Assembly (NCBI GenBank): GCA_019911795.1
Contig: JAIOJS010000395.1
Location: 1 to 49,278, forward strand
DNA: 49,278 bases
Reading direction: 5' to 3'
Source of the DNA: Thermoanaerobaculia bacterium
GTDB taxonomy: Bacteria; Acidobacteriota; Thermoanaerobaculia; Multivoradales; JAIOJS01
In this document: positions 10,689 to 19,394 of the stretch, piece by piece
Layout: the number at the start of each line of letters is the position of its first letter
Position numbering within the stretch: position 1 is the first letter of the stretch
Notes under the pieces: model-generated
Seen by the model: only the letters and a program-made list of their open reading frames with translations
The model's database searches: none
What the model was told of the DNA's origin: nothing
Translations under genes and position numbers: made by a program

Positions 10689-13088
10689 TCAGCGCAGTTC
10701 GACCACGGTCGCGCCCTCTCCCCCTTCACCGGGCCCCCCCGGGCGCTGCTCGGATACCAAGGGATGGGAACGGAGGCGATCACGGACGGCGCGTCGCAGG
10801 CGGCCCGTGCCATGACCGTGCACGATACGGAACTGTCCCCGTCCCGATCGCGCCGCCTCGTCGAGGTAGCGATCGAGCTCCTCCAGGGCGGGTTCGACCC
10901 GCTTGCCGATGAGGTGGAGCTCCAGCGGTACCTCGGTGCTCTCAGGAACCTCGGGGATCGGTACGGGCGCCCGCTTTCGGCCCTTCGAAGAACTCGGGGA
11001 TTCCGAGACCAGGACGAGTTCCCCGACCTTGCAGCGAAAGGTCTTGCCGGACAGGTCGACCTCCGCCCGGCCCCGCTCCACCCGCAAGAGGCGTCCCTCC
11101 CAACCCAGAGACCGGTGACGCACGCGCTCGCCCACGACCACCTCGGCGTTCGACAGTGGAGACTCGACCACCGCCACCTCCGGCGTCTCCTGGAACAGCT
11201 GCTCCGTCGCCTCCCTCGCAAGGCCCTTCCGCCGGCCCTCTTCCCACTGCTCCCGCAGGCGGTCCACTGCCTCCTCTAGCTCCTGCCGGACCTGGCGCCG
11301 GAACGATTCGACATCGCTTCGCGCTTTCTCTCCCACGCGACGTCGATCGGCTTCGAGCGTCTCGCGCTGCTTCGACAGACGCTCCCGTTCGGAATCCGCC
11401 TCGAGGACCGCAGCTGCCAACCGCTCCTCCTCCTCGCTCAGCCGCTCGCGCAGGGCGCTCACTTCGGCCACCAGCCGTCGATAGTCACGACCCTCGGTGC
11501 CCAGCCGCTCCTCGGCGGCGGAGATCAGTTCCTCGGCCAGACCTAGACGACGGGCCAAAGCGAGCGCTTCGCTCCCTCCCGGCGGTCCCGGGGTCAGTCG
11601 GTAGCGTGGGGCTCCGCGCTCCGCGTCGAACTCCATCGCCGCACAGGAGGCCCCTTCGCGCTCCATCGCCAAGGCAGCCAGCTGCCCCAGATGGGTGGTC
11701 ACCACCACCAGACCACCGCGATCGAGAAGGGCCTCGAGAAGGGCTGACGAAAGCGCCGCCCCCTCCTCGGGGTCGGTGCCCGACCCGAGCTCGTCGAGGA
11801 GCACCAAGCTGCCCTCTGAGGCTTCGTCCCACACCTCACGAAGGCGCAGCAGTCGGCCGCTGAAAGTGGAACGATCGGAGAGCAGGTCCTGATCGTCGCC
11901 CACCGTCGCCACCAGAGCCGAGACCAAGGGGAGGGAGGATCCAGCCTCGGCCGGTACCGGCAATCCACAACCGTGGGCCAGGCAAGCGAGTCCCAAGGTC
12001 TTCAAGGCGACCGTCTTGCCTCCTGCGTTGGGTCCGGTGATCACCAGAGCGCGTCGCTCCGGCGTCAACACCAGATCGAGGGGCACGACCGCCTCTCGGT
12101 GCCCAGCCTGCCCGAGGGTGCGCTCGCGAACGTCGGCGAGCCGAGGGTCGAGGAGCGGATGGCGAGCGCCGACGAGCTTTGCGCTGCGTGGTTCGCTGAT
12201 CTCCAAGAGGTTGGCCCGCGCGACCTCCGCGTAGCGATGTTGGGCCTGCCAGCTGTCGAGCTCGCTCAGGAGGACCGCATGGTCTCGGATCAGCTTCTCG
12301 TGAACCACCAGATTGGCCAGCAAATCGGCCAGAATCCGACGCTTCTCCTCCTCCTCTTCCTCCCAGGCATCCTGGAGCTCGTTGTTCCCCTCGACCACCG
12401 AAAGCGGCTCGAAGTAGAAGCTCTTTCCGGTCGCCGATCGACCGTGGACCAGCCCCGGCATCCTGCCCTTGGCCCCTGCCTGGAGGACCAGAACGAGACG
12501 TCCATCCCGTTGCGGCACGGTGTCCTCCGACAGTAGGTCCCGATGTTTCTGACTGATCTCTCCCAGTTCCCGGTAGAGCCGATCGCGGCGGCGGCGGATC
12601 CCTGCCTTCAGTCGTGCCAGTTCCGGAGTGGCGTCATCTCGAACCGCTCCCCGCCCGTCGAGTCGACGGCGAATCAGGCGGCTCAGGGTGCGCCCCTCGG
12701 GGAGCGCCTCGAGTCGAGCCGACAGGAGTGGGAAAGGGTCCCGTCCGCTCTCGCCCTGCTCTTCCGACACCCGCACACGAACCCCTTCGACGATCTCGAG
12801 GAGGTCGGCGACGGCCAGGAACTCGAGACCTTCGGGGGCGAAGGAAGTCGAGCCGAGGCGGGCCAGGAAAGGGCGAAGGGCCACTTCGAAGGAGGGAACG
12901 AGGGCTGGCCCTAACAGTGCTCCTACTTCGACGTAGCCACGCCGACGGTGCTCCAGTTCGCCCGCGTCGAGGACCGGGGTGAGTTGCAGGAGGCTCTCGT
13001 GTCCAAGGTCGGTGGCGGCAAAGTCTGCGACCAGTCGGAGCAGCGAGTCCATCTCGAGTGCGAGGGCCGTGGCGTTCGAAACCTTCAT
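10689..13088 (-). CDS. mutS2: Endonuclease MutS2 (MutS ATPase domain plus C-terminal Smr domain)
   Basis: It has Walker A (ITGPNAGGKTVALKTLGL), LLDELGSGTDPEEG and a C-terminal Smr domain (LHLIGKRVEPALEELDRYLDEA...FRIVHGHGTGRLRRAV). The start is ATG 13088 (MKVSNATAL). Confidence 0.9.
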   Translation of the reverse strand: MKVSNATALALEMDSLLRLVADFAATDLGHESLLQLTPVLDAGELEHRRRGYVEVGALLGPALVPSFEVALRPFLARLGSTSFAPEGLEFLAVADLLEIVEGVRVRVSEEQGESGRDPFPLLSARLEALPEGRTLSRLIRRRLDGRGAVRDDATPELARLKAGIRRRRDRLYRELGEISQKHRDLLSEDTVPQRDGRLVLVLQAGAKGRMPGLVHGRSATGKSFYFEPLSVVEGNNELQDAWEEEEEEKRRILADLLANLVVHEKLIRDHAVLLSELDSWQAQHRYAEVARANLLEISEPRSAKLVGARHPLLDPRLADVRERTLGQAGHREAVVPLDLVLTPERRALVITGPNAGGKTVALKTLGLACLAHGCGLPVPAEAGSSLPLVSALVATVGDDQDLLSDRSTFSGRLLRLREVWDEASEGSLVLLDELGSGTDPEEGAALSSALLEALLDRGGLVVVTTHLGQLAALAMEREGASCAAMEFDAERGAPRYRLTPGPPGGSEALALARRLGLAEELISAAEERLGTEGRDYRRLVAEVSALRERLSEEEERLAAAVLEADSERERLSKQRETLEADRRRVGEKARSDVESFRRQVRQELEEAVDRLREQWEEGRRKGLAREATEQLFQETPEVAVVESPLSNAEVVVGERVRHRSLGWEGRLLRVERGRAEVDLSGKTFRCKVGELVLVSESPSSSKGRKRAPVPIPEVPESTEVPLELHLIGKRVEPALEELDRYLDEAARSGRGQFRIVHGHGTGRLRRAVRDRLRSHPLVSEQRPGGPGEGGEGATVVELR

Positions 13089-13345
13089 CTGATCGCTACC
13101 TTCCCGCCGGGGACCGGTCCGTCCGTTCCCGGTCACTGCGTGTCACGAATGCTCAACTGGCGGTCGCTCCGCGGTGGTGCACAACCCCTTAGCTGCCTAC
13201 GAACGGCGGCCGGCCCTGACCCTTGACCCAGCCTCGCAAGCGAACCGCAAGGTGGTCGAACCAAGAGGAGCGGAAGCCTCCAAACGACGAACGCCGCGAA
13301 AGGAAATCCCTCCGCGGCGCCATCTCAAAGCGAACTCGAGCTAGG

Positions 13346-13555
13346 TCAGACGAGTCCGGTTCGACGTTCTTCGGCGAGCTTACGAAGAATCTTCTTGCGC
13401 GCCGCCACCGTCTTCCGCTTGCGCTTGACGGATGGCTTCTCGAAGTACTGTCGCTTCTTGAGCTCGGTTAGCACGCCGGCCTTCTCGCACTTACGCTTGA
13501 ATCGGCGTAGGGCGTTCTCGAAACTCTCTTCTTCTTTGACGTACACGGTCGGCAT
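13346..13555 (-). CDS. rpsU: 30S ribosomal protein S21
   Basis: The sequence is [51 protein letters not shown] 13555 lies inside the listed 13346..13567 ORF. Confidence 0.9.
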   Translation of the reverse strand: MPTVYVKEEESFENALRRFKRKCEKAGVLTELKKRQYFEKPSVKRKRKTVAARKKILRKLAEERRTGLV

Positions 13556-13622
13556 ATTGCAAATCACCTCACTTCCACTGGTATCGTGGGCAAACCGCTC
13601 CCAGCGCGGCAGAGCCGAAGTG

Positions 13623-13652
13623 ATTCTCCTCCAGGATCAGGCAAGCTGTCAA
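13623..13652 (-). promoter_or_regulatory. Promoter candidate for rpsU
   Basis: On the minus strand this reads TTGACA-N18-GAGAAT, about 65 nt upstream of the rpsU ATG. Confidence 0.3.
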
Positions 13653-13715
13653 GAGGCGAGCGGCGGAGCGACCGATTCTCCAGTGAAGCGGACGCCTTCC
13701 CTACCAACCGCTTCT

Positions 13716-14588
13716 CTACTTCTTATCCGGCTCAGCTTCCTCGTCGGAACCGTAGTCCGTCTGATACACCTTGTAGGCGCCTTCTCCCATCTGGAAGTAG
13801 ACCCCGGACGGACTCCTTCCGACCGCGGGGTCCTTGGGGTAGAACCAAGCGACTCGATAGGCCTTCTCCCCTTCGACGTACCCCTTGTCGCCAGGCTCGC
13901 GCGGGTACTCGCGCACATTGTGCAGGTTGACCGGCCCCAGGATGTCGCGAACCTCGAGCGGGGTCATCCCCTTCTTGACCTCGGCGAAGCGCTCTTCGGT
14001 TGGGTAGCGCATCTCCTCGGCCCTGGCAATCGCCTCGTTGAGCCGAGGGTAGTCGGCATCCAGAAGAAGTAGAGCGTTGTAAATGTCGAGAGCCCGCTTG
14101 TAGTCGCCACCCTTCTCGATGTACTCCTCGGCGACCTCGATGTCTTCGTCGCTCTTCATGCGCAGCGCTTTCTGCTGCTCTGGTGTGAGGGGCTCTCCTT
14201 CGAACATCTCGAGCGAATTGATGTACTCGACCAGTTTGGCGCCGAACTCGCTGCTTAGATCTCCGATCTTCGTCTCGAGGGCAGCGACGCGATCAGCGGC
14301 GGACTCGGTAGCCGGAACGGCTGCCTCGGTTCCTTCGTCCATCGAAGCGTCCGTCGTCTCGTCCGTCGGCTCACCCTCCGTCACGACCGGCGCCTCGTGG
14401 GCTTCGCGGCGCGCGGCGGCGAGCTCGTCCCGGAGGGCATCGAGCTCTCCATTGGTCTTCTCCAGCCAGGCCCAGGCTTCCTGGTTCGCAGCGGCGGCAG
14501 TCTCTTCGCCCCCCTTGCCGCAACCGGCGAGACCGACACCGGTCAAAATCATGCCGCCCACCAGGGCGTAAGTCATCAACTTGTTCAT
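13716..14588 (-). CDS. Lipoprotein with coiled-coil/TPR-like middle and a BamE (SmpA/OmlA)-like C-terminal domain
   Basis: The signal peptide has a lipobox (MNKLMTYALVGGMILTGVGLAGC). The C terminus, GMTPLEVRDILGPVN...YRVAWFYPKD, resembles BamE-type domains. GGAGG lies 6 nt upstream of the ATG. Confidence 0.7.
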   Translation of the reverse strand: MNKLMTYALVGGMILTGVGLAGCGKGGEETAAAANQEAWAWLEKTNGELDALRDELAAARREAHEAPVVTEGEPTDETTDASMDEGTEAAVPATESAADRVAALETKIGDLSSEFGAKLVEYINSLEMFEGEPLTPEQQKALRMKSDEDIEVAEEYIEKGGDYKRALDIYNALLLLDADYPRLNEAIARAEEMRYPTEERFAEVKKGMTPLEVRDILGPVNLHNVREYPREPGDKGYVEGEKAYRVAWFYPKDPAVGRSPSGVYFQMGEGAYKVYQTDYGSDEEAEPDKK

Positions 14589-14615
14589 CGAGTCCTCCTT
14601 ACAAAGTTCCGAGTG

Positions 14616-14645
14616 AACCTAGCACAGCGCAGGCGGTTCGAACAA
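14616..14645 (-). promoter_or_regulatory. Promoter candidate for the lipoprotein gene
   Basis: On the minus strand this reads TTGTTC-N18-TAGGTT, with a TGc extended -10 element. Confidence 0.25.
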
Positions 14646-14701
14646 GCTCAACGGACCCCGGCTAGCTCCCTTGAAATCAGCGGTTTTCAGTGGGTCTGGC
14701 C

Positions 14702-14731
14702 TTGACAGTGACTGCACGACTGCAAAATAAT
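14702..14731 (+). promoter_or_regulatory. Promoter candidate for the acidic-protein gene
   Basis: This reads TTGACA-N18-AATAAT, about 37 nt upstream of ATG 14768. Confidence 0.4.
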
Positions 14732-14767
14732 CGGTTGGCCCGTAAGACTTGGCGAGAGGACCAATAG

Positions 14768-16738
14768 ATGTCGTTGTCTGATCAACTCAAGAATCTCGAA
14801 CACCTCGTTTCCAATGCGATGGGGACGGCCCTCGAAGATGCCGAGCGAACCCTCTCTCATCAGATTCGCAAACTGGCGGGAACGGTCCAACAACGAGCCG
14901 AAGAGCAAGCCTTAGATCGCCTTCACGATTCGATCGCTCGAATCGACCGCGCCACTGACCAGACCGCTGCTCTCAGCGCGCTGCTGGAAGAGGCCGGACA
15001 CTACGCTTCCCGTGCTGTCCTCTTCTTGACCTTCACCGACGGGGTGCGCGGCTGGGCGAGTTTCGGCTTCGGCGACGAAGTCAAGGCCCTCGACTCGCTA
15101 ACCATCGATACCGCCAAGCCACCCTTCGCCGAGTTCATGGCCGAGCGCGGTCCGGTTCCGTTGAGCGGAGACGACTGCGACCCCATCTGCGTCGCCCTCG
15201 ACGGCGACGCCGCCGACCAGGGCCTCCTCCTGCCGATGGTACTTCGGGAACGAGTGGCCGCTGCTCTTTACGCCGACCGGATCGAGGCCACCGACACCTT
15301 CGTGCCCTCCGCCCTCGCAATCCTCGTCCACGCGACCGCTCAGCAGATCGAATCGCACGGGCAGCGTCGAGCGGGAGCCTCTCCGACCCTGGCCGCCGCC
15401 GGCACGGTCGAGGCTCTCGAATTCTGGGATCCTTCGGCCGTCGTCTCGGGCAGCTCGAGAACGTCTTCCGAACCCGACGAGGCGGCCCCCAACGTCGACG
15501 CCACGGTTCGCATCAGCCGCGACGTGATGGAGAGCTACATCACCGCCCCCGAGCCCGACTCGATCGACGATGCGAGTGGAGACGACGACCGGGAGTGGGA
15601 CCAGCGACCCGAACCGGATATCGACCTCGAAGACGAGATCCTCGATCTGGCCGAAGAGGCTGAGGAGACCGCAGAAGCCGAGGAGGTCACCGCGACCGCG
15701 CCCTCTTCGTCCGCACTCGAGGCATTGGACGCCGAACTCCAAGCCGCTGAATTGGAGGTAAGCGATTCCGAGGACTCGGACGTCGTCGAACCAGGTGTCG
15801 TCTCCCTAGAGGAAGCCTACGGATCGGACCTGGACCTTGGCGATGACCTCGAAGAGGCTCCGGAACTGACCGTCGGCGATCTGGACCTCGAACCTCTGGA
15901 GGATGCCGAAGATGTGGACCTCGAAGTCACCAGCTACGCCGGGAGCACGGTCGAAGAGATCACTGTCGAGGAGATGGTGGTCGAAGAGGTCGAGATCGAG
16001 GCCGTCGAGATCGAGGCCGTCGAGATCGACGAACCGTTCGTCGAGGAGGTCGAGGAACTCGAAGTCGACGATTTTTCGATCGAGGACGTGCCGACGGCCG
16101 ACCTCCCGACGGCGAGTGCCGAGCCTCCCTCCGTCGGACGCGACACCAGCGAACTGCAGCAGATCGAGCTAGAGGAGCCCAGCGCCACCATCGCCCTCTC
16201 TACTCCCAGCGTGGTCGAGTTTCGCGATACTCCGGCGATGCCGGACCGAAGCGAGGAAGACGAAGGCGACGGCTCCGAAGACAAGACGGCGATGCTCCAC
16301 CGGGCCGATCTCGACATCCAGCCTGCCGAAGTCGTCGAGCCACCCCCGGCGAGCCCCGAGCCGGTCGCTCCGCCCAAGGGCAGCAGCACCCAGGTCACCC
16401 CGCCCGCCGACCTCGAAGGTCCTGGCTGGGCCTTCCGTCAGGAAGCGTCCAAGGCTCCAGCCGTTCCGGGTGCCGACGCGGAAACCACCGCACTTCACGA
16501 GGAGGCGCGACGTCTAGCGCGGCTGCTGGTCAGCGAAATCAAGCTCTACAATGAGGAGCAGGTGGACGACGGACGACGCAACGGTGACATCTACTCCCGC
16601 TTGCAGGATGACATCGAACGCTCCCGTCAGATGTATCGCGATCGGGTCGACTCTCGAGTCGGAACCGACGTCGACTACTTCCAACAGGAGTTGGTCAACA
16701 TTCTTGCTGGTGGTGATCCCAACGCCCTCGGAATGTAG
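14768..16738 (+). CDS. Acidic multi-domain protein: GAF-like N-terminal region, about 350-aa D/E-rich disordered linker, conserved basic C-terminal helical domain
   Basis: This is a long, clean ORF. The C terminus, HEEARRLARLLVSEIKLYNEEQVDDGRRNGDIYSRLQDDIERSRQMYRDRV, looks like a conserved module. The middle region is dominated by E/D/V repeats. Confidence 0.75.
   Translation: MSLSDQLKNLEHLVSNAMGTALEDAERTLSHQIRKLAGTVQQRAEEQALDRLHDSIARIDRATDQTAALSALLEEAGHYASRAVLFLTFTDGVRGWASFGFGDEVKALDSLTIDTAKPPFAEFMAERGPVPLSGDDCDPICVALDGDAADQGLLLPMVLRERVAAALYADRIEATDTFVPSALAILVHATAQQIESHGQRRAGASPTLAAAGTVEALEFWDPSAVVSGSSRTSSEPDEAAPNVDATVRISRDVMESYITAPEPDSIDDASGDDDREWDQRPEPDIDLEDEILDLAEEAEETAEAEEVTATAPSSSALEALDAELQAAELEVSDSEDSDVVEPGVVSLEEAYGSDLDLGDDLEEAPELTVGDLDLEPLEDAEDVDLEVTSYAGSTVEEITVEEMVVEEVEIEAVEIEAVEIDEPFVEEVEELEVDDFSIEDVPTADLPTASAEPPSVGRDTSELQQIELEEPSATIALSTPSVVEFRDTPAMPDRSEEDEGDGSEDKTAMLHRADLDIQPAEVVEPPPASPEPVAPPKGSSTQVTPPADLEGPGWAFRQEASKAPAVPGADAETTALHEEARRLARLLVSEIKLYNEEQVDDGRRNGDIYSRLQDDIERSRQMYRDRVDSRVGTDVDYFQQELVNILAGGDPNALGM
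15989..16030 (+). repeat. In-frame 15-bp tandem repeat (2.8 copies) inside the acidic-protein gene
   Basis: The unit gtcgagatcgaggcc occurs twice, followed by gtcgagatcgac. Together they encode VEIEAVEIEAVEID. Confidence 0.85.
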
Positions 16739-17041
16739 TCCTCGGCCGCCCCGGAACGATCCAGCCGGGGACCGCCTCTCGTCAAACCCTCACGCGCCGA
16801 ACGTCCTCTGGCTAGGCCCCCTCGGACCGCACGGCTCGTCAACGATAAGCGATGTCAGAGCGCGCACCCTGAGGTCAGGAAGCTCACGCTCTTTGTACCA
16901 TCGTGCCGCCTCGGGACTGGACCGCCTCTGAGACGTCTCACCGCCCTGGCGATCTCTACCCTCGCCCTCCTCGGCTGTCTTTCACCTCCGTCCTCCGAGC
17001 CCCCGGACCGGGCTGGGCTCGATGGTCCCCGGATCGACTCG

Positions 17042-19177
17042 TTGGAGTCCTATCCCGGGGTTGCAGGCGCCGCGAACGCCGCCCGCCAGAACGACTTCAC
17101 GGAGACCTTGAATTCCCTCCTCGAGCGAGACGCTGACGATCCGCGCGCCCTGCTGCTCGCGGGCCTTCACTCCCGGGCCGCCGGAAGGTACCCCGCGGTC
17201 TGCGATCGCCTCGACGAGATACCGGTGGCTTTCCTCGCGACACGACAAGGACTGGACGACTGGCGCCTCGACGCCCTCGCCCGCTGCCGCTGGAAGCGAT
17301 CGGGTCCGGCCGCAGCGTTGCCCCTCTTCGAGCGTCTCGTCGACACCGCACCCCGATCTCCTCTCGCCCCTGGGGCCGCCATCGCTGCTCTGGAAACAGC
17401 CCTCGCCAGTTCCGACTCCGCGGCCGCTCGCCGCTGGCTGGCAACCGCCCGCCGCATCAATATCGATCGCGACCCTGACGCACACGAGCACCTCGACCGC
17501 TTGGCTTGGGACCACGCAATCTCCCTCGAACGCCCCGGCCTTCTAAGAGCGGCGGGGCGAACCCTCCTCGTCGAGCGTCCCAGACTGGCAGAGGAACTCG
17601 AGGTCGGGCGGGCCCTGGGGGCCGTCGACAACTCCCTGCCCGCTTGGCTCTCGTCGCAGGAGCGAGAGCGACGAGCCGAGGTCCTGGTTCGTACCGGCCG
17701 CCCGCGCGAAGCCCTGAAGACCCTCGACACCGTTGACGTCGGTGACCGGGAGCCGAGCTGGCACCTACAAAGAGCCCAAGCGCTAACCCGTTCGGGTCGG
17801 CCGGCTGATGCGCTCGACTACCTCGCTGAGGTTAGCTCCCAAGGCGTATTCGACGCCTCTGACCACTGGCTTCGCGACGAGGCCTGTGCCCTTGCCCAAT
17901 CGGCCTGGCAAGCAGCCAATCCGAGTGAGAGGCGTCGCTCCCCACCGAGGGCTCGGCGCGATGAGCTTCGCCAGGCGGCTCTCGATCAGGCCCGGCGTTG
18001 CGCTGAACTCACCTCTGATCCTCAGGATGCCGCCGATGGCTGGGAGGATCTCCTCGAGTTTGCCGAGGCCATCGACGACCACGCCGCGATCGAGCGGGCT
18101 CGCTCTCAGTTGTCCCTCCTGGTACCCGAGCACCCGGCGCTCTCGAACTCCTGGTGGCTAGAGGGCTGGAAGCAATACCAGGCGGGAGAAGCTGCGGCCG
18201 CGCTCTCGAGCTGGGATCACCTCGACCCCACGCCCTGGTCCTCGTGGCGACACCGCGCGGCCAAGTACTGGTCGGCCGAAGCGCACCGTGACCTTGGTCA
18301 CGAAGAACTTGCGCAGAGTGCGCTGCGAGAGCTGGTACTCGAAACGCCGGTCACCGACTTCTACGCTCGCCATGCCCTCGCGACCCTGGGGGCGGCGAAG
18401 GCGCTGAGGACACCGCCAACCCCCGAGGAGTGGCCCACCGATCCGACCCTCGATAGGGCCCGACTCCTCGTCGACCTGGGACTGGAACCCCTGGCGGAAC
18501 TCGAGATCGATGAACTCTCACGAGTTGCCGACCCCAGGACGGTCAACGCCCTCCGTGCTCTCTCCTTGGCCAACCGAGGCCGACTCCGGGAGAGTATCCT
18601 GCCCCTTATCCGAGCATTCCCCGAGCTAGGAACGGCCGGCCAGTCCACCGCTCCGGAGCAGGCCATGGACCTCTACTACCCGCTCGACCACCTTGCCGTC
18701 GTCCAAGAATGGGCGGATCTTCGCGGCCTCGAAACCGATCTCGTACTCGCCCTCATCCGACAGGAGAGCGCGTTCGACACCCGGGCGCTCAGCCGCAGCG
18801 GCGCTCGCGGTTTGATGCAGCTCATGCCGGCCACCGCCCGTGAATTGGCGCAAGCCGAGTCTCTGCCCCTCGCCCTCGACGACCTGCACCGACCGGAGAC
18901 CAACATTCGGTTGGCGACCCGCTATCTCCGGCAGGTGCTCGACATGTTCGACGGCGACGTCGAACTCGCCCTCGCCGGGTACAACTCCGGTCCCTACCGT
19001 ATTCGACGCTGGTGGAAGGAGGCTGGTCCCTCCCGTCGAGTCGACCGCTTCATCGAGGGGCTACCTCTCGAGGAGCCACGAGTCTACGTAAAACGGATCC
19101 TGCTGCTCTCCGACACTTATCAGTTGCGCCGAGAGGCCAGGATTGCAGGTAAGTTGGACCCTGGCTCCAACCCCTGA
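17042..19177 (+). CDS. Soluble lytic murein transglycosylase (Slt70-like superhelical domain plus C-terminal SLT domain)
   Basis: The SLT catalytic region is ALIRQESAFDTRALSRSGARGLMQLMPATA...AGYNSGPYRIRRW. The listed start, TTG 17042, is probably too far downstream (see the finding on a lipoprotein signal peptide at 16928-16978). Confidence 0.85.
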   Translation: MESYPGVAGAANAARQNDFTETLNSLLERDADDPRALLLAGLHSRAAGRYPAVCDRLDEIPVAFLATRQGLDDWRLDALARCRWKRSGPAAALPLFERLVDTAPRSPLAPGAAIAALETALASSDSAAARRWLATARRINIDRDPDAHEHLDRLAWDHAISLERPGLLRAAGRTLLVERPRLAEELEVGRALGAVDNSLPAWLSSQERERRAEVLVRTGRPREALKTLDTVDVGDREPSWHLQRAQALTRSGRPADALDYLAEVSSQGVFDASDHWLRDEACALAQSAWQAANPSERRRSPPRARRDELRQAALDQARRCAELTSDPQDAADGWEDLLEFAEAIDDHAAIERARSQLSLLVPEHPALSNSWWLEGWKQYQAGEAAAALSSWDHLDPTPWSSWRHRAAKYWSAEAHRDLGHEELAQSALRELVLETPVTDFYARHALATLGAAKALRTPPTPEEWPTDPTLDRARLLVDLGLEPLAELEIDELSRVADPRTVNALRALSLANRGRLRESILPLIRAFPELGTAGQSTAPEQAMDLYYPLDHLAVVQEWADLRGLETDLVLALIRQESAFDTRALSRSGARGLMQLMPATARELAQAESLPLALDDLHRPETNIRLATRYLRQVLDMFDGDVELALAGYNSGPYRIRRWWKEAGPSRRVDRFIEGLPLEEPRVYVKRILLLSDTYQLRREARIAGKLDPGSNP

Positions 19178-19239
19178 GTCTCCCGCCCGACTCCGCGGTC
19201 TTGCGCTTGGCTTCACCTCCGACGGAAGGGACTCGGAAT

Positions 19240-19248
19240 TGCTATACT
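19240..19248 (+). promoter_or_regulatory. Extended -10 element candidate upstream of tRNA(CAT)
   Basis: TGcTATACT lies 27 nt upstream of the tRNA 5' end. There is no good -35 element. Confidence 0.25.
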
Positions 19249-19274
19249 CAGCAGCCCCCTCGCGGGGCTTCGTT

Positions 19275-19347
<73 letters not shown>

Positions 19348-19394
19348 CTATTCTCGACACCCTCGATGAGGGTTCAGGAGGCTCGGTCGCATCT

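Noticed and set aside
15989-16030. Short tandem repeats considered as a possible CRISPR or minisatellite array
   Set aside because: The units are contiguous with no spacers, are only 15 bp long, are in frame and sit inside a long ORF. This is a coding repeat. No CRISPR-like repeat-spacer structure exists anywhere in the window.
16736-17044. The acidic-protein gene and the Slt gene share a reading frame, separated by one TAG and 101 sense codons (possible read-through fusion)
   Set aside because: The intervening translation is P/R/S-rich nonsense until the lipoprotein signal peptide. A signal peptide in the middle of a fusion makes no sense. An open frame of this length is unremarkable at this GC content.
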